Shown here piece by piece: positions 1 to 8,442 of a stretch of 48,972 bases of DNA; positions within the stretch are counted from its first letter, which is position 1, and each line of letters opens with the position of its first letter. Where the stretch lies: the NCBI GenBank assembly GCA_964573895.1, contig CAZNLS010000003.1:6976-55947 (forward strand), read 5' to 3'. Below the pieces are notes generated by a model. It made no database searches. It had not been told where the DNA came from and saw only the letters and a list, made by a program, of their open reading frames with translations. The position numbers and the translations under genes were made by a program. The DNA is from an uncultured Clostridia bacterium. GTDB lineage: Bacteria; Acidobacteriota; Aminicenantia; UBA2199.

Positions 1-114
1 AGATTTGTGAAAGTATTGAGATCACTTGTCGGATATTAAATTGAGTTTATTAAAATCCGCATTGTATAGATTGAAATAGAGGGACTACTCTGCTAAAATC
101 AACTGATTGTTGCA

Positions 115-1404
115 ATGACCGCCGTGAAGGAGATAAATTTGAATTTAGGTGTAATGGGACTTCAGTGGGGAGATGAAGGCAAGGGCAAAGCTATTGATTT
201 TCTCGCAAAGGATTTTGATGTCGTTGTACGTTACCAGGGTGGTCATAATGCCGGACATACTATATATTATAAAGGGAATAAAATTGTTCTTCATCTTCTT
301 CCGTCAGGAATTTTTTCAGATAAAACCGTCTCAGTAATCGGAAATGGTGTTGTTATCAATCCTGTAGAACTTGTCAAAGAAATAAACAGGATTAGGGAGT
401 TCGGAGTTAAATTTAAGAATCTTGTTATCAGTTCAATGGCACCTGTGATTCTTCCGTTTCATCAGCGGCTTGATACAATTTTTGAACAATCCGGAGTCAC
501 CGGAATCGGTACTACTAAACGGGGTATAGGACCTGCTTATGAAGATCTTACGGGAAGAAGATCGGTATTTATCCATGATCTGATAAATAAAGAGATATTC
601 AGGAAGAAGGTCACTCGATTAAGTGAATATTATAACAGAAGGATTGAATTATATTCAGGTGAAAAAATTTCCGATAATGATTTTATTGATGAATATATTT
701 CCGCAGGCGAAGATATAAGTGAATATGTAAAGGATACCGTGGCATATCTGAATGAATTAAACTCAAACGGGAACAAAATTCTGTTTGAAGGAGCCCAGGG
801 TGCACTGCTTGATATTAATTTCGGAACATTTCCATTTGTAACTTCTTCGAATCCTACCGTTGGTGGAATTTTAACCGGGACAGGTTTATCCCATCGTGCA
901 ATAAATAAAGTTATAGGTGTCACAAAAGCTTATACTACGAGAGTAGGAAGCGGTCCGTTCCCATCTGAATTGAAAAATGAAAAAGGAGAGTATTTAAGGG
1001 AAAAAGGAAAGGAGTATGGTGCAACAACAGGGAGGCCTCGCAGGGTGGGATGGCTTGATCTTGTTGCTCTGAAATATGCTGTAATGATAAATGGGATTAA
1101 CACACTATTCCTGACAAAAATGGATGTTCTGGATGAATTGGATTCGATAGATGTAGTTACTTCATACAAAACCGGGGGAAAACGTTCGGGTTTTCTGCCT
1201 CATGCGGAATATTTAGAAAATGTAACCGTCGAGCTTTCCAGCATTGAGGGATGGAAAACAGATATAAGCCGGATTTCTAATTATTCAGAACTTCCGGTCA
1301 ATGCAAAAAAGTATATTGAATTTATTGAAGATTTTATTGGAATTTCAATAGAATATGTCTCTAATGGTGCCGGTAGGGAGCAAACATTAAAAAGAACTAT
1401 TTAA
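115..1404 (+). CDS. purA: adenylosuccinate synthase
   Basis: 429-aa ORF. It has the N-terminal GLQWGDEGKGK P-loop plus GGHNAGHT and GATTGRPRR motifs typical of PurA. Confidence 0.95.
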   Translation: MTAVKEINLNLGVMGLQWGDEGKGKAIDFLAKDFDVVVRYQGGHNAGHTIYYKGNKIVLHLLPSGIFSDKTVSVIGNGVVINPVELVKEINRIREFGVKFKNLVISSMAPVILPFHQRLDTIFEQSGVTGIGTTKRGIGPAYEDLTGRRSVFIHDLINKEIFRKKVTRLSEYYNRRIELYSGEKISDNDFIDEYISAGEDISEYVKDTVAYLNELNSNGNKILFEGAQGALLDINFGTFPFVTSSNPTVGGILTGTGLSHRAINKVIGVTKAYTTRVGSGPFPSELKNEKGEYLREKGKEYGATTGRPRRVGWLDLVALKYAVMINGINTLFLTKMDVLDELDSIDVVTSYKTGGKRSGFLPHAEYLENVTVELSSIEGWKTDISRISNYSELPVNAKKYIEFIEDFIGISIEYVSNGAGREQTLKRTI

Positions 1405-1405
1405 T

Positions 1406-2437
1406 ATGTATGATAAAAAACAGATTATCAAAGAAATGCAGCGAATAGCTGCGGAATTGGGGAAAGACAAACTTGAGAGAAGTGACTTTATATCAAGAAC
1501 ACTGATACCTGAAAAAACTATTGATTTTTACATAGTTTCCTGGCCGGATGCTTTGAAAGAGGCCGGACTTGGCAGCATCCAGACAAAAGAAAATGATATA
1601 TCCGATGCAAAACTTCTTGAAGATCTCGTAAGGTTGCATAACCGCTATGGTGAAATCCCGACTTTGTCGCTTATTGAAGACAGTGGAAAATATCCAAGCG
1701 GGGAATATACTAAGAGATGGCGGACCCTTGATGAAGCAATGAAACTTGCAAAAAAAAAGTTCCCGGATTTTGTAACCGAAAAAGATAAATCAAATAACCA
1801 TGAAATTGAGACATTTAATTCGGATTCGTCGGTTTTCAATCTTGATGATACTCTTGTTTCGGTGAACAGAAATGATCTTATCCTTAATGGCGGCAAATTC
1901 AATTCAAAGAGTGTAAGTGAAAACAAAAAAAAGAGACTGGAAATTAACGAAGAAAATTCATCCGGGGAAGACTCCGGGATTGATTTTCGCACTGATAATG
2001 TAAATTTAGATAACCTGATCTCCGAAATTCGCAAAAAGAAAAAGAAGGTTAAAATTATTCCTAAAACAGTAAAGCCAATTCGAAATATAGATAAAGTAAA
2101 TTTTCGCGGATTAAAATCTCCCCCTTCAAATAAAGGTGAATTGATGCTTATTTTCGGAATTGTATGTGAAGAGCTAAGTTTCATGATTGAACAATTCCCG
2201 CAAAAAGGAGAATTCTTCCGGGCTAAAAGAAAAACCGGAGATAAAAGTAAAACATGGGAAAGTATTATTGCCAACTTTTCTCTAAGAAGTTCTGATGCGG
2301 TTGGAGATAAGAGCATTATTGATAAATGTGATATATTAATATGCTGGAAGAATGATTGGCTTGACTGCCCTCTTGAAGTACTTGAATTAAGTAAAACATT
2401 GACAGAACTTGAAAATTATTCTCCCGAGCTGGAATGA
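1406..2437 (+). CDS. hypothetical protein with two N-terminal homing-endonuclease-associated (HNH_repeat-like) helical repeats, a Lys-rich linker and a C-terminal PD-(D/E)xK-like domain that looks degenerate
   Basis: 343-aa ORF starting 2 nt after purA. The pattern (IxxLxxxAxxLGK...SxxDF...W.DALKEAGL) occurs twice, at about aa 6-55 and 70-115. The C-terminus ends CDILICWKNDW, resembling the CDxIVCWEHNW tail of a small nuclease-like family. Assignment is from memory of the family. Confidence 0.55.
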   Translation: MYDKKQIIKEMQRIAAELGKDKLERSDFISRTLIPEKTIDFYIVSWPDALKEAGLGSIQTKENDISDAKLLEDLVRLHNRYGEIPTLSLIEDSGKYPSGEYTKRWRTLDEAMKLAKKKFPDFVTEKDKSNNHEIETFNSDSSVFNLDDTLVSVNRNDLILNGGKFNSKSVSENKKKRLEINEENSSGEDSGIDFRTDNVNLDNLISEIRKKKKKVKIIPKTVKPIRNIDKVNFRGLKSPPSNKGELMLIFGIVCEELSFMIEQFPQKGEFFRAKRKTGDKSKTWESIIANFSLRSSDAVGDKSIIDKCDILICWKNDWLDCPLEVLELSKTLTELENYSPELE

Positions 2438-2439
2438 TC

Positions 2440-2468
2440 TTGACCAGGGGTGGGATTTGTTGTATAAT
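2440..2468 (+). promoter_or_regulatory. sigma70-type promoter for thioredoxin gene
   Basis: TTGACC (2440-2445), a 17-nt spacer, then TATAAT (2463-2468). AAGGAG RBS at 2487-2492 and ATG at 2497. Confidence 0.6.
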
Positions 2469-2496
2469 TAAAATTTAACAATAGAAAAGGAGTAAT

Positions 2497-2853
2497 ATGG
2501 AACACCTGACAAAAGAGAGTTTTATTGAAAAAATATTTGATTATGAGAAAGAGAAAGAGTGGAAGTACAAGGGTGAACTACCATCCATAATTGACTTTTA
2601 TGCTGACTGGTGCCAACCCTGTAAAATGGTAGCTCCCGTTCTTGAAAAACTTCAGAAAGAATATGAGGGAAAAGTAAATATATATAAAGTAGATACTGAG
2701 GCAGAAAGAGAACTGGCCGGTGCATTCCAGGTCACAAGTATTCCTTCAATCCTTTTTTGCCCCAAAGATGAAAAACCTCAAATGGCTATGGGAGCATTGC
2801 CCAAATCCAGTTTCGAAGATGCAATTAAGAATGTCCTGAAAGTTGAAAAATAG
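2497..2853 (+). CDS. trxA: thioredoxin
   Basis: 118-aa ORF with a WCQPCK redox motif (variant of WCGPC) and the thioredoxin-fold pattern VDTEAERELAGAFQVTSIPSILF. Strong RBS. Confidence 0.9.
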   Translation: MEHLTKESFIEKIFDYEKEKEWKYKGELPSIIDFYADWCQPCKMVAPVLEKLQKEYEGKVNIYKVDTEAERELAGAFQVTSIPSILFCPKDEKPQMAMGALPKSSFEDAIKNVLKVEK

Positions 2854-2862
2854 ATAATTCCG

Positions 2863-4947
2863 TCAGGTTCCTCCGCATCTGGTCCATGCACAATTGGGAC
2901 ATGTGGGACATTTTTCATCAGGAAGTGTTGCTCCGCACATGGGGCAGTTAATAGAATTAACATCGCTATTTTTTAAAGATACTTCCCCTATATGCTTTTC
3001 AAGAGCCTGGGCTATTGCATCGGGAATTGACTGGATTAATGCACCGTTGTGGAAAGTAGGTTCCGAACCACCTATACCTTTTAACTGACTGACAACATCA
3101 GCTGCTGATATACCGCTTCTTAGTGCAAGGGATGTCAGTCTTCCGATGGCTTCTGCATCAGCCATAGTTGTATAACCGCTCTTACCAATTGAGCAGAACA
3201 CTTCAAAAGGCTGGTAGTTAAAATGAGTAATTGTGATGTACAGTCTGCCGAGTCCGGTCGAAATTTTATGGGTTGTTGAGGGGAGTGAATCGGGTCTGTC
3301 CATTGGTTGTGGAGAGTCACCCTGGTCCATCTTATTTAGTACCTGAGTAGCTCTGCATCCGTCTCTGTAAACTGTTATCCCCTTAATTTGCATATCGAAG
3401 GCTGCAAAGTACGCATCAGCGATATCATTCCTTGAAGCACTATTTGAAAAATTTATAGTTTTTGATACTGCACTATCTACACTTTTCTGGAACATTTCCT
3501 GCATTTTCAGATGGTCCTGCGGAGAAATTTCTGATGCTGTTACAAAATAATCAGGAATCTCTTTGCCCTCATTTTTTTCTTCCCACTCCTGATATAGCGG
3601 GTGGTAATCTTTTATTTCACCGTCAAGAATTTTTGAAATAATCTTAAATGCAAATACCGGTTCAATACTTGAGGAACAGCCTGCTATCCTGGATATAGTC
3701 CCTGTAGGGGCGACTGTCAGAATGGTGGCATTCCGCATCTTTTTCCCTTTATAGACAGATTTTTCTATGTTAGGAAAACTGCCTCTTTCCACAGCAAGTT
3801 GTTCCGATGCTATAGTCGCCTCTTTTTTCAGAAAGCGGGCGATGTTTTCTCCAAACTTTCTTGCCTTATTAGTGTTATATTTGATCTTTCTTTTAATCAA
3901 AAGATCTGCAAATCCCATGACCCCGAGACCTATACGCCTGTTTGATTTTGCGATTTCGTCAATTTGTTTGAGCGGATATATGTTCATATCAATCACATTA
4001 TCAAGAAATCTGACTCCCATATTGATCGATTTGGCAAATCTGTCCCAGTCAAATTGGTCTTTTCCGTCTTCTTTAAAATAATTTGAAAGATTTATTGAAC
4101 CCAGATTACATGATTCATAATCATGCAGAGGCTGTTCCCCGCATGGATTTGTAGCCCTTATGGGCCCCTGCAAACGTGTTGGATTCAATTTGTTTACTCT
4201 GTCAATAAATATCAGACCCGGGTCTCCGTTTCTCCATGCGGAATCGACTATAAGGTCGAAGATCTCCTTTGCCTCCATTTTTCCACTTGATTTTCCTGAA
4301 GAAGGATCAATCAGGTCATAAAGTGATTCTTTCTTCAGTGCTTCAACAAACTTTTCGGTGATCGCTACTGAGATATTGAAGTTTTGAGCAGTTCGGCCGT
4401 CGAGTTTCATGGTAATAAATTCTCTTATATCGGGATGATCTACCCTGAGAACCCCCATATTAGCTCCCCTTCTTGTTCCTCCCTGTTTGACTGCCTCTGT
4501 TCCGGCATCAATAACTTTCAAAAATGAAACCGGACCTGATGCAATTCCCTGGGTTTTTTTTACAAAACTTCCCTGTGGACGAATCCTTGAAAAATCAAAT
4601 CCTGTCCCTCCTCCTTCTTTATGAACCAGAGCGGCATTTTTGACAGTTTCAAAAATATTTTCCAATGAGTCTTCAATGGGGAGAACGAAACATGCGGAGA
4701 GGCACATCCCCCTGTCAGCGCCGGTTAATGTTGGTGAGTTAGGCATAAAATCACGGTTCATCATTGATTCGAAAAAGATCTTTTCCCACTTCTTTTTCTC
4801 TTTTTCCGTTTTTTCGGCTTTTGCAATATATTTTGAAACCCTTGAGAACAGATCAGAGGGTTTTTTTTCTAGAAATGATCCGTCTGCATTTTTTTTAAAA
4901 TACCTCGCTTTCAGGATCTTTAACGCGTTATCTGGAAAATTTTCCAT
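2863..4947 (-). CDS. nrdJ: adenosylcobalamin-dependent (class II) ribonucleoside-diphosphate/triphosphate reductase
   Basis: 694-aa ORF. It has the SPTLTGA..MCLSACFVLP, NPCGEQPL and VAPTGTIS motifs of class II RNR, and a C-terminal Cys-rich tail CPMCG..CPTCPNC..C. GGAGG RBS at 4952-4956. Confidence 0.93.
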   Translation of the reverse strand: MENFPDNALKILKARYFKKNADGSFLEKKPSDLFSRVSKYIAKAEKTEKEKKKWEKIFFESMMNRDFMPNSPTLTGADRGMCLSACFVLPIEDSLENIFETVKNAALVHKEGGGTGFDFSRIRPQGSFVKKTQGIASGPVSFLKVIDAGTEAVKQGGTRRGANMGVLRVDHPDIREFITMKLDGRTAQNFNISVAITEKFVEALKKESLYDLIDPSSGKSSGKMEAKEIFDLIVDSAWRNGDPGLIFIDRVNKLNPTRLQGPIRATNPCGEQPLHDYESCNLGSINLSNYFKEDGKDQFDWDRFAKSINMGVRFLDNVIDMNIYPLKQIDEIAKSNRRIGLGVMGFADLLIKRKIKYNTNKARKFGENIARFLKKEATIASEQLAVERGSFPNIEKSVYKGKKMRNATILTVAPTGTISRIAGCSSSIEPVFAFKIISKILDGEIKDYHPLYQEWEEKNEGKEIPDYFVTASEISPQDHLKMQEMFQKSVDSAVSKTINFSNSASRNDIADAYFAAFDMQIKGITVYRDGCRATQVLNKMDQGDSPQPMDRPDSLPSTTHKISTGLGRLYITITHFNYQPFEVFCSIGKSGYTTMADAEAIGRLTSLALRSGISAADVVSQLKGIGGSEPTFHNGALIQSIPDAIAQALEKHIGEVSLKNSDVNSINCPMCGATLPDEKCPTCPNCAWTRCGGT

Positions 4948-4959
4948 TCCACCTCCTTA

Positions 4960-5006
4960 ACTTCATATATAGTTATTTTAAGATTGTAGAGCACTAGATA
5001 TAGGGT
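4960..5006. promoter_or_regulatory. two putative NrdR boxes (tandem, centres 31 bp apart)
   Basis: Box 1 (4991-5006, gcaCTAGATATAGggt) matches 14/16 of the remembered NrdR consensus acaCwAnAtnTwGtgt and fills the -35/-10 spacer. Box 2 (4960-4975, actTCATATATAGtta) is weaker, at about 11/16. Confidence 0.45.
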
Positions 5007-5011
5007 GTCAA
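4983..5011 (-). promoter_or_regulatory. sigma70-type promoter for nrdJ
   Basis: On the minus strand: TTGACA (5006-5011), a 17-nt spacer, then TACAAT (4983-4988), about 35 nt upstream of the ATG at 4947. Confidence 0.6.
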
Positions 5012-5071
5012 GAAAAAAAATAAAAAAAAATTTTTTTTTTTTTTAAATTGCACATTTTTTTTTGAAATTTC

Positions 5072-5101
5072 TTGACATTTAAAGTATATATATATTAATA
5101 T
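5072..5101 (+). promoter_or_regulatory. candidate promoter of the dcw cluster (Pmra-like)
   Basis: Perfect TTGACA at 5072-5077, an 18-nt AT-rich spacer, then TAATAT at 5096-5101. The choice of -10 element is uncertain in this AT-rich stretch. Confidence 0.4.
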
Positions 5102-5103
5102 GA

Positions 5104-5129
5104 ATGGGAGAAAATGGGACAAAATGGGA
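5104..5129 (+). promoter_or_regulatory. putative MraZ operator: three direct repeats (A)ATGGGA with 10-bp periodicity
   Basis: ATGGGA occurs at 5104-5109, 5114-5119 and 5124-5129, each preceded by AAA. This resembles the TGGGN x3 array with 10-bp spacing bound by E. coli MraZ. Confidence 0.5.
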
Positions 5130-5605
5130 TAATTAAGCGTTTTAGGGGGAGTTTTACCCTGAAAATCGATGACAGGAACAGGATAAAAATACCCTCAAAA
5201 TATATGGGTATTTTAGAAAATCAGTTTGGAAGGGATGTATATCTGACCTCAGTCAATGGAGATCATATACTCTTCTATCCGCTTTCGATCTGGGAAAAGA
5301 TCGAACAGAATATCGAAAGATATAAATTCAGAAGCAGAAAAATAGAGGATTTCATAAGATTAACCTCTTATTGGGGAACCGAAACCGAAATAGATCCCAG
5401 GGGAAGAATTTTAATTCCTCCGAAGCTTAAAGAAAAAGCAGGAATTCTGGAAAATGTGCTGATCATTGGACAAATTGATTATATAGCTATCTGGAACTGT
5501 GAAACATATGAAGATAAATATGCATCCCGCTCATTTTCCGACCGGGAACTGGATGAAATTTCCGGGATATTAAATGGAGACTTATCATTTTCCGGTAATG
5601 AATAG
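5114..5605 (+). CDS. mraZ: transcriptional regulator MraZ
   Basis: 163-aa ORF with two SpoVT/AbrB-type repeats, each carrying a DxxxR motif (KIDDRNRIKIP and EIDPRGRILIP). It is the first gene of the dcw cluster. The start lies inside the repeat array, so it is uncertain. Confidence 0.85.
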   Translation: MGQNGIIKRFRGSFTLKIDDRNRIKIPSKYMGILENQFGRDVYLTSVNGDHILFYPLSIWEKIEQNIERYKFRSRKIEDFIRLTSYWGTETEIDPRGRILIPPKLKEKAGILENVLIIGQIDYIAIWNCETYEDKYASRSFSDRELDEISGILNGDLSFSGNE

Positions 5606-6458
5606 AGAAGTTATCTCTGTTCTAAGCCGCAGAACCGGGGGTGTTTTTATTGATTGTACAGTGGGACTCGGAGGGCATGCAGGATTAATTTTGGAAAAGA
5701 TCCCGGATTCCATAGTAATAGGGATAGATATGGATAAAGAAAGTTTGAAGATTGCCGGAGAAAATCTGAAGAGATTTAAAGGACGTGTAACTTTGATCAA
5801 TTTGCCTTATGAGGATATATTTGACTCAGGAAAGATTGAGTGGGATAAAATTTCAGGAGTTCTAATTGACCCGGGTTTGTCCATGTTTCAGCTAAAAAAT
5901 GGATCCAGGGGATTTTCTCATATATCGGATTCAAAACTTGATATGAGAAAAGACCGCTCTTCAGAACCTTCCGCTCATGAAGTTATAAATAAATTCAAAG
6001 AGGCTGATCTGATGACTATATTTTCGGATTTTGGAGATATTTCATCCCCGGATAAACTTGCAAAGAGAATTATCGAAAAAAGGTTGTTCCATCCAATTGA
6101 TACTACAGGGGAATTAAAAAATATAGTCGAAGAAGTATACGGATGGAGACCGGTAAGAGGCAGGTCACATCCCGCAGCCAGGGTATTTCAGGCACTTAGA
6201 ATATTTGTGAACCGTGAGTTGGAAAGAGTTGAGGAATTTATAACTAAAATTCCGGATTACCTTGGTAAGGGTGCACTGTTCATATTTTTAACTTATCACT
6301 CAATTGAGGACAGGATTGTAAAAAGAACAATGAAATCAGAGGCATCAAAGGGAAGACTTGATTTGATAAAACCATTTCCCTTTAAACCTTCGGATGAAGA
6401 GATTTCAATGAACTTTGCTTCAAGATCGGCAAAAATGAGGGCAGCATCTATCCAATGA
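5574..6458 (+). CDS. rsmH: 16S rRNA (cytosine1402-N4)-methyltransferase
   Basis: 294-aa ORF with the N-terminal HFPVM..EV motif, the SAM-binding motif DCTVGLGGH, and DPGLSMFQL. Sits in the conserved position after mraZ. Confidence 0.93.
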   Translation: METYHFPVMNREVISVLSRRTGGVFIDCTVGLGGHAGLILEKIPDSIVIGIDMDKESLKIAGENLKRFKGRVTLINLPYEDIFDSGKIEWDKISGVLIDPGLSMFQLKNGSRGFSHISDSKLDMRKDRSSEPSAHEVINKFKEADLMTIFSDFGDISSPDKLAKRIIEKRLFHPIDTTGELKNIVEEVYGWRPVRGRSHPAARVFQALRIFVNRELERVEEFITKIPDYLGKGALFIFLTYHSIEDRIVKRTMKSEASKGRLDLIKPFPFKPSDEEISMNFASRSAKMRAASIQ

Positions 6459-6736
6459 AGAAAAAAAAATACTTCGGAAGAATTATTATTTTTTTTTCAA
6501 TAATTATCTTTTTTCTTCTTTTCACATATTCCAGCCTGAACCTGAAAAATATTGACTATGGTTATGAACAGCAAAAGATGATTCTTGAACAGGAGAGACT
6601 TCAGGAAGAAATAGATATACTCGAGGCAAAAAAAGCAAAATTAACCGAACTTGGAAGAATAGAGAAAAGAGTGAAAAGCAGACTTGGATACGTATACCCT
6701 TCGGGAAAGCAGATCATACGTATTTACGGAAACTAA
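6455..6736 (+). CDS. ftsL: cell division protein FtsL-like (single TM plus coiled coil)
   Basis: 93-aa ORF with an N-terminal TM segment (IIIFFSIIIFFLLF) and a heptad-like EQERLQEEIDILEAKKAKL. Sits between rsmH and ftsI and overlaps rsmH by 4 nt. Confidence 0.6.
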   Translation: MKKKKYFGRIIIFFSIIIFFLLFTYSSLNLKNIDYGYEQQKMILEQERLQEEIDILEAKKAKLTELGRIEKRVKSRLGYVYPSGKQIIRIYGN

Positions 6737-6741
6737 TAAAA

Positions 6742-8442
6742 ATGAAGATAAACCGGTCTGAGAGAAAAAGAGTTTCAATTGTTTTTTCGATCTTCATGAT
6801 TTGGATTATTGCAATTGTTTTTATGTTAATAAAAATTCAGGTTCTGGGATTCAATAAATATCTCGGTAAGATCAGGAGTCAAAGCAACCGAACTCTGACC
6901 CTTCATCCGAAAAGAGGAACGATTTTTGATTACAATAATGAAGTGCTTGCTATCTCAATCCAGTCAAAATCTCTGTTTATTTCAAACAGGAGCAGAAAAA
7001 GTTCTTTGAGTCTGTTTAAAAAAATCAGGAGAGTGATCAGGATCAGTTCTTCTTCAGCAAAAAAAATTCTTATGAGAATAAAAAAAGGGAAAAATTTTAT
7101 CTGGATAAAGAGAAAATTAAGTGAGAAAGAATATAATGCAGTGAAAAGTCTGAACCAGTCAGGTTACACATCAAAATATTCATTTGTCGATGAATACAAA
7201 AGGATATATCCTAATTCACAACTTGCAGGTCATATCCTTGGCGGAGTTGGAGTTGATGAGCAGGGTCTCGCCGGAATTGAATACTCAATGGAATCCGTAA
7301 TCAGGGGGAAAGGTGGAAAAATCAGTGCCAGCATTGATGCCCGGAGTAAAATATTTAAATTTGAGAATATAAGTGAAAGGGTGACAGGAAAAGATCTTAA
7401 ATTAACAATAGATTCTGCTGTTCAGTTCTTTGTTCAGAGTGAATTAAAAAAAACAGTAAAAAAATATAATGCGGTTTCAGGTTCTGTCATTGTAATGAAC
7501 AGTTCAACGGGATCCATAATAGCAATGGCGAGTTATCCCTTCTATAACCCCGGGAGGATTAGATATACCAGCCCCAAAATTGTTAAAAATAATTCTCTCT
7601 CTTTTCTCTATTATCCAGGCTCTACTTTCAAGATTATACTTGCATCTTCCGCTCTCTTGCATAATGTCTGCAATTTTTCTGAAACTATAAACTGTTATAA
7701 CGGAGTTTATTCAATAAACAATCTTAAAATAACCGATGAACATCCATTTGAACAACTGAGTTTTAGAGATGTGATAGTCCTTTCCAGTAATATCGGTGCA
7801 GCAAGAGTCGGAATGAGAATAGGCGATAACAGGTTTTATAATGATTTAAAAAAATTCGGGATCGGGTCTGCACCCAATATCCGTCTACCGGCGGTAGAAA
7901 AGGGTATTCTCAATCCTCTGGAGAGATGGAACAGGTACTCATCGGCCTATTTATCACACGGTTATGAAGTTTATGTTACACCTATTCAAATGACCAGGGC
8001 ATTCAATGTAATTGCTTCCGGCGGTTTTCTTGTGGAACCGGTAATATTAAAGTCGGTAAAGGGATACCTTTTTAAAAAATTAACCAGGAAAAGAATAATC
8101 TCCCGGGAAATTGCCGCTAAATTAAGAGATGTGATGGTCGATGTAGTTAAAAGAGGGACCGGGAAAAAGGCCTTTTTGAGTACTGTTGAAATAGCCGGAA
8201 AAACAGGTACCGCAAAAAAATTCAGGGGAAACAGATTCATTAATAAATATGTCTCTTCTTTCGGAGGTTTTTTCCCGGCCGGGAATCCTGTTATTACAAT
8301 GTTTATCGTTATAAATGAACCGAAGGGAAGCTTTTACGGAGGAGATGTTGCTGCACCGCTTTTTAAATCAATTGCAAAGCGAATAATCATATTGAAAAAT
8401 ATAGACGTTAAGCTAGATAGCGGGACGGGGATGAGGATATAA
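6742..8442 (+). CDS. ftsI: penicillin-binding protein 3-type peptidoglycan D,D-transpeptidase
   Basis: 566-aa ORF with an N-terminal TM segment and the three class B PBP motifs: STFK (GSTFKI), SSN (LSSNIG) and KTGT (GKTGTA). Confidence 0.9.
   Translation: MKINRSERKRVSIVFSIFMIWIIAIVFMLIKIQVLGFNKYLGKIRSQSNRTLTLHPKRGTIFDYNNEVLAISIQSKSLFISNRSRKSSLSLFKKIRRVIRISSSSAKKILMRIKKGKNFIWIKRKLSEKEYNAVKSLNQSGYTSKYSFVDEYKRIYPNSQLAGHILGGVGVDEQGLAGIEYSMESVIRGKGGKISASIDARSKIFKFENISERVTGKDLKLTIDSAVQFFVQSELKKTVKKYNAVSGSVIVMNSSTGSIIAMASYPFYNPGRIRYTSPKIVKNNSLSFLYYPGSTFKIILASSALLHNVCNFSETINCYNGVYSINNLKITDEHPFEQLSFRDVIVLSSNIGAARVGMRIGDNRFYNDLKKFGIGSAPNIRLPAVEKGILNPLERWNRYSSAYLSHGYEVYVTPIQMTRAFNVIASGGFLVEPVILKSVKGYLFKKLTRKRIISREIAAKLRDVMVDVVKRGTGKKAFLSTVEIAGKTGTAKKFRGNRFINKYVSSFGGFFPAGNPVITMFIVINEPKGSFYGGDVAAPLFKSIAKRIIILKNIDVKLDSGTGMRI

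Noticed and set aside
1645-2316. 223-aa minus-strand ORF inside the 1406-2437 gene
   Set aside because: It is the antisense shadow of a Lys/Glu-rich low-complexity coding region. It has no RBS, and its product is Phe/Leu/Ser-rich with no recognisable motif. The plus-strand frame has recognisable repeats and tight coupling to purA.
5013-5044. A8-T-A9/T14 tract read as a hairpin terminator
   Set aside because: The stem would be made only of A:U pairs, with no loop and no GC clamp. It also lies between two divergent promoters, where no transcript needs terminating. It is treated as bent or UP-like DNA instead.
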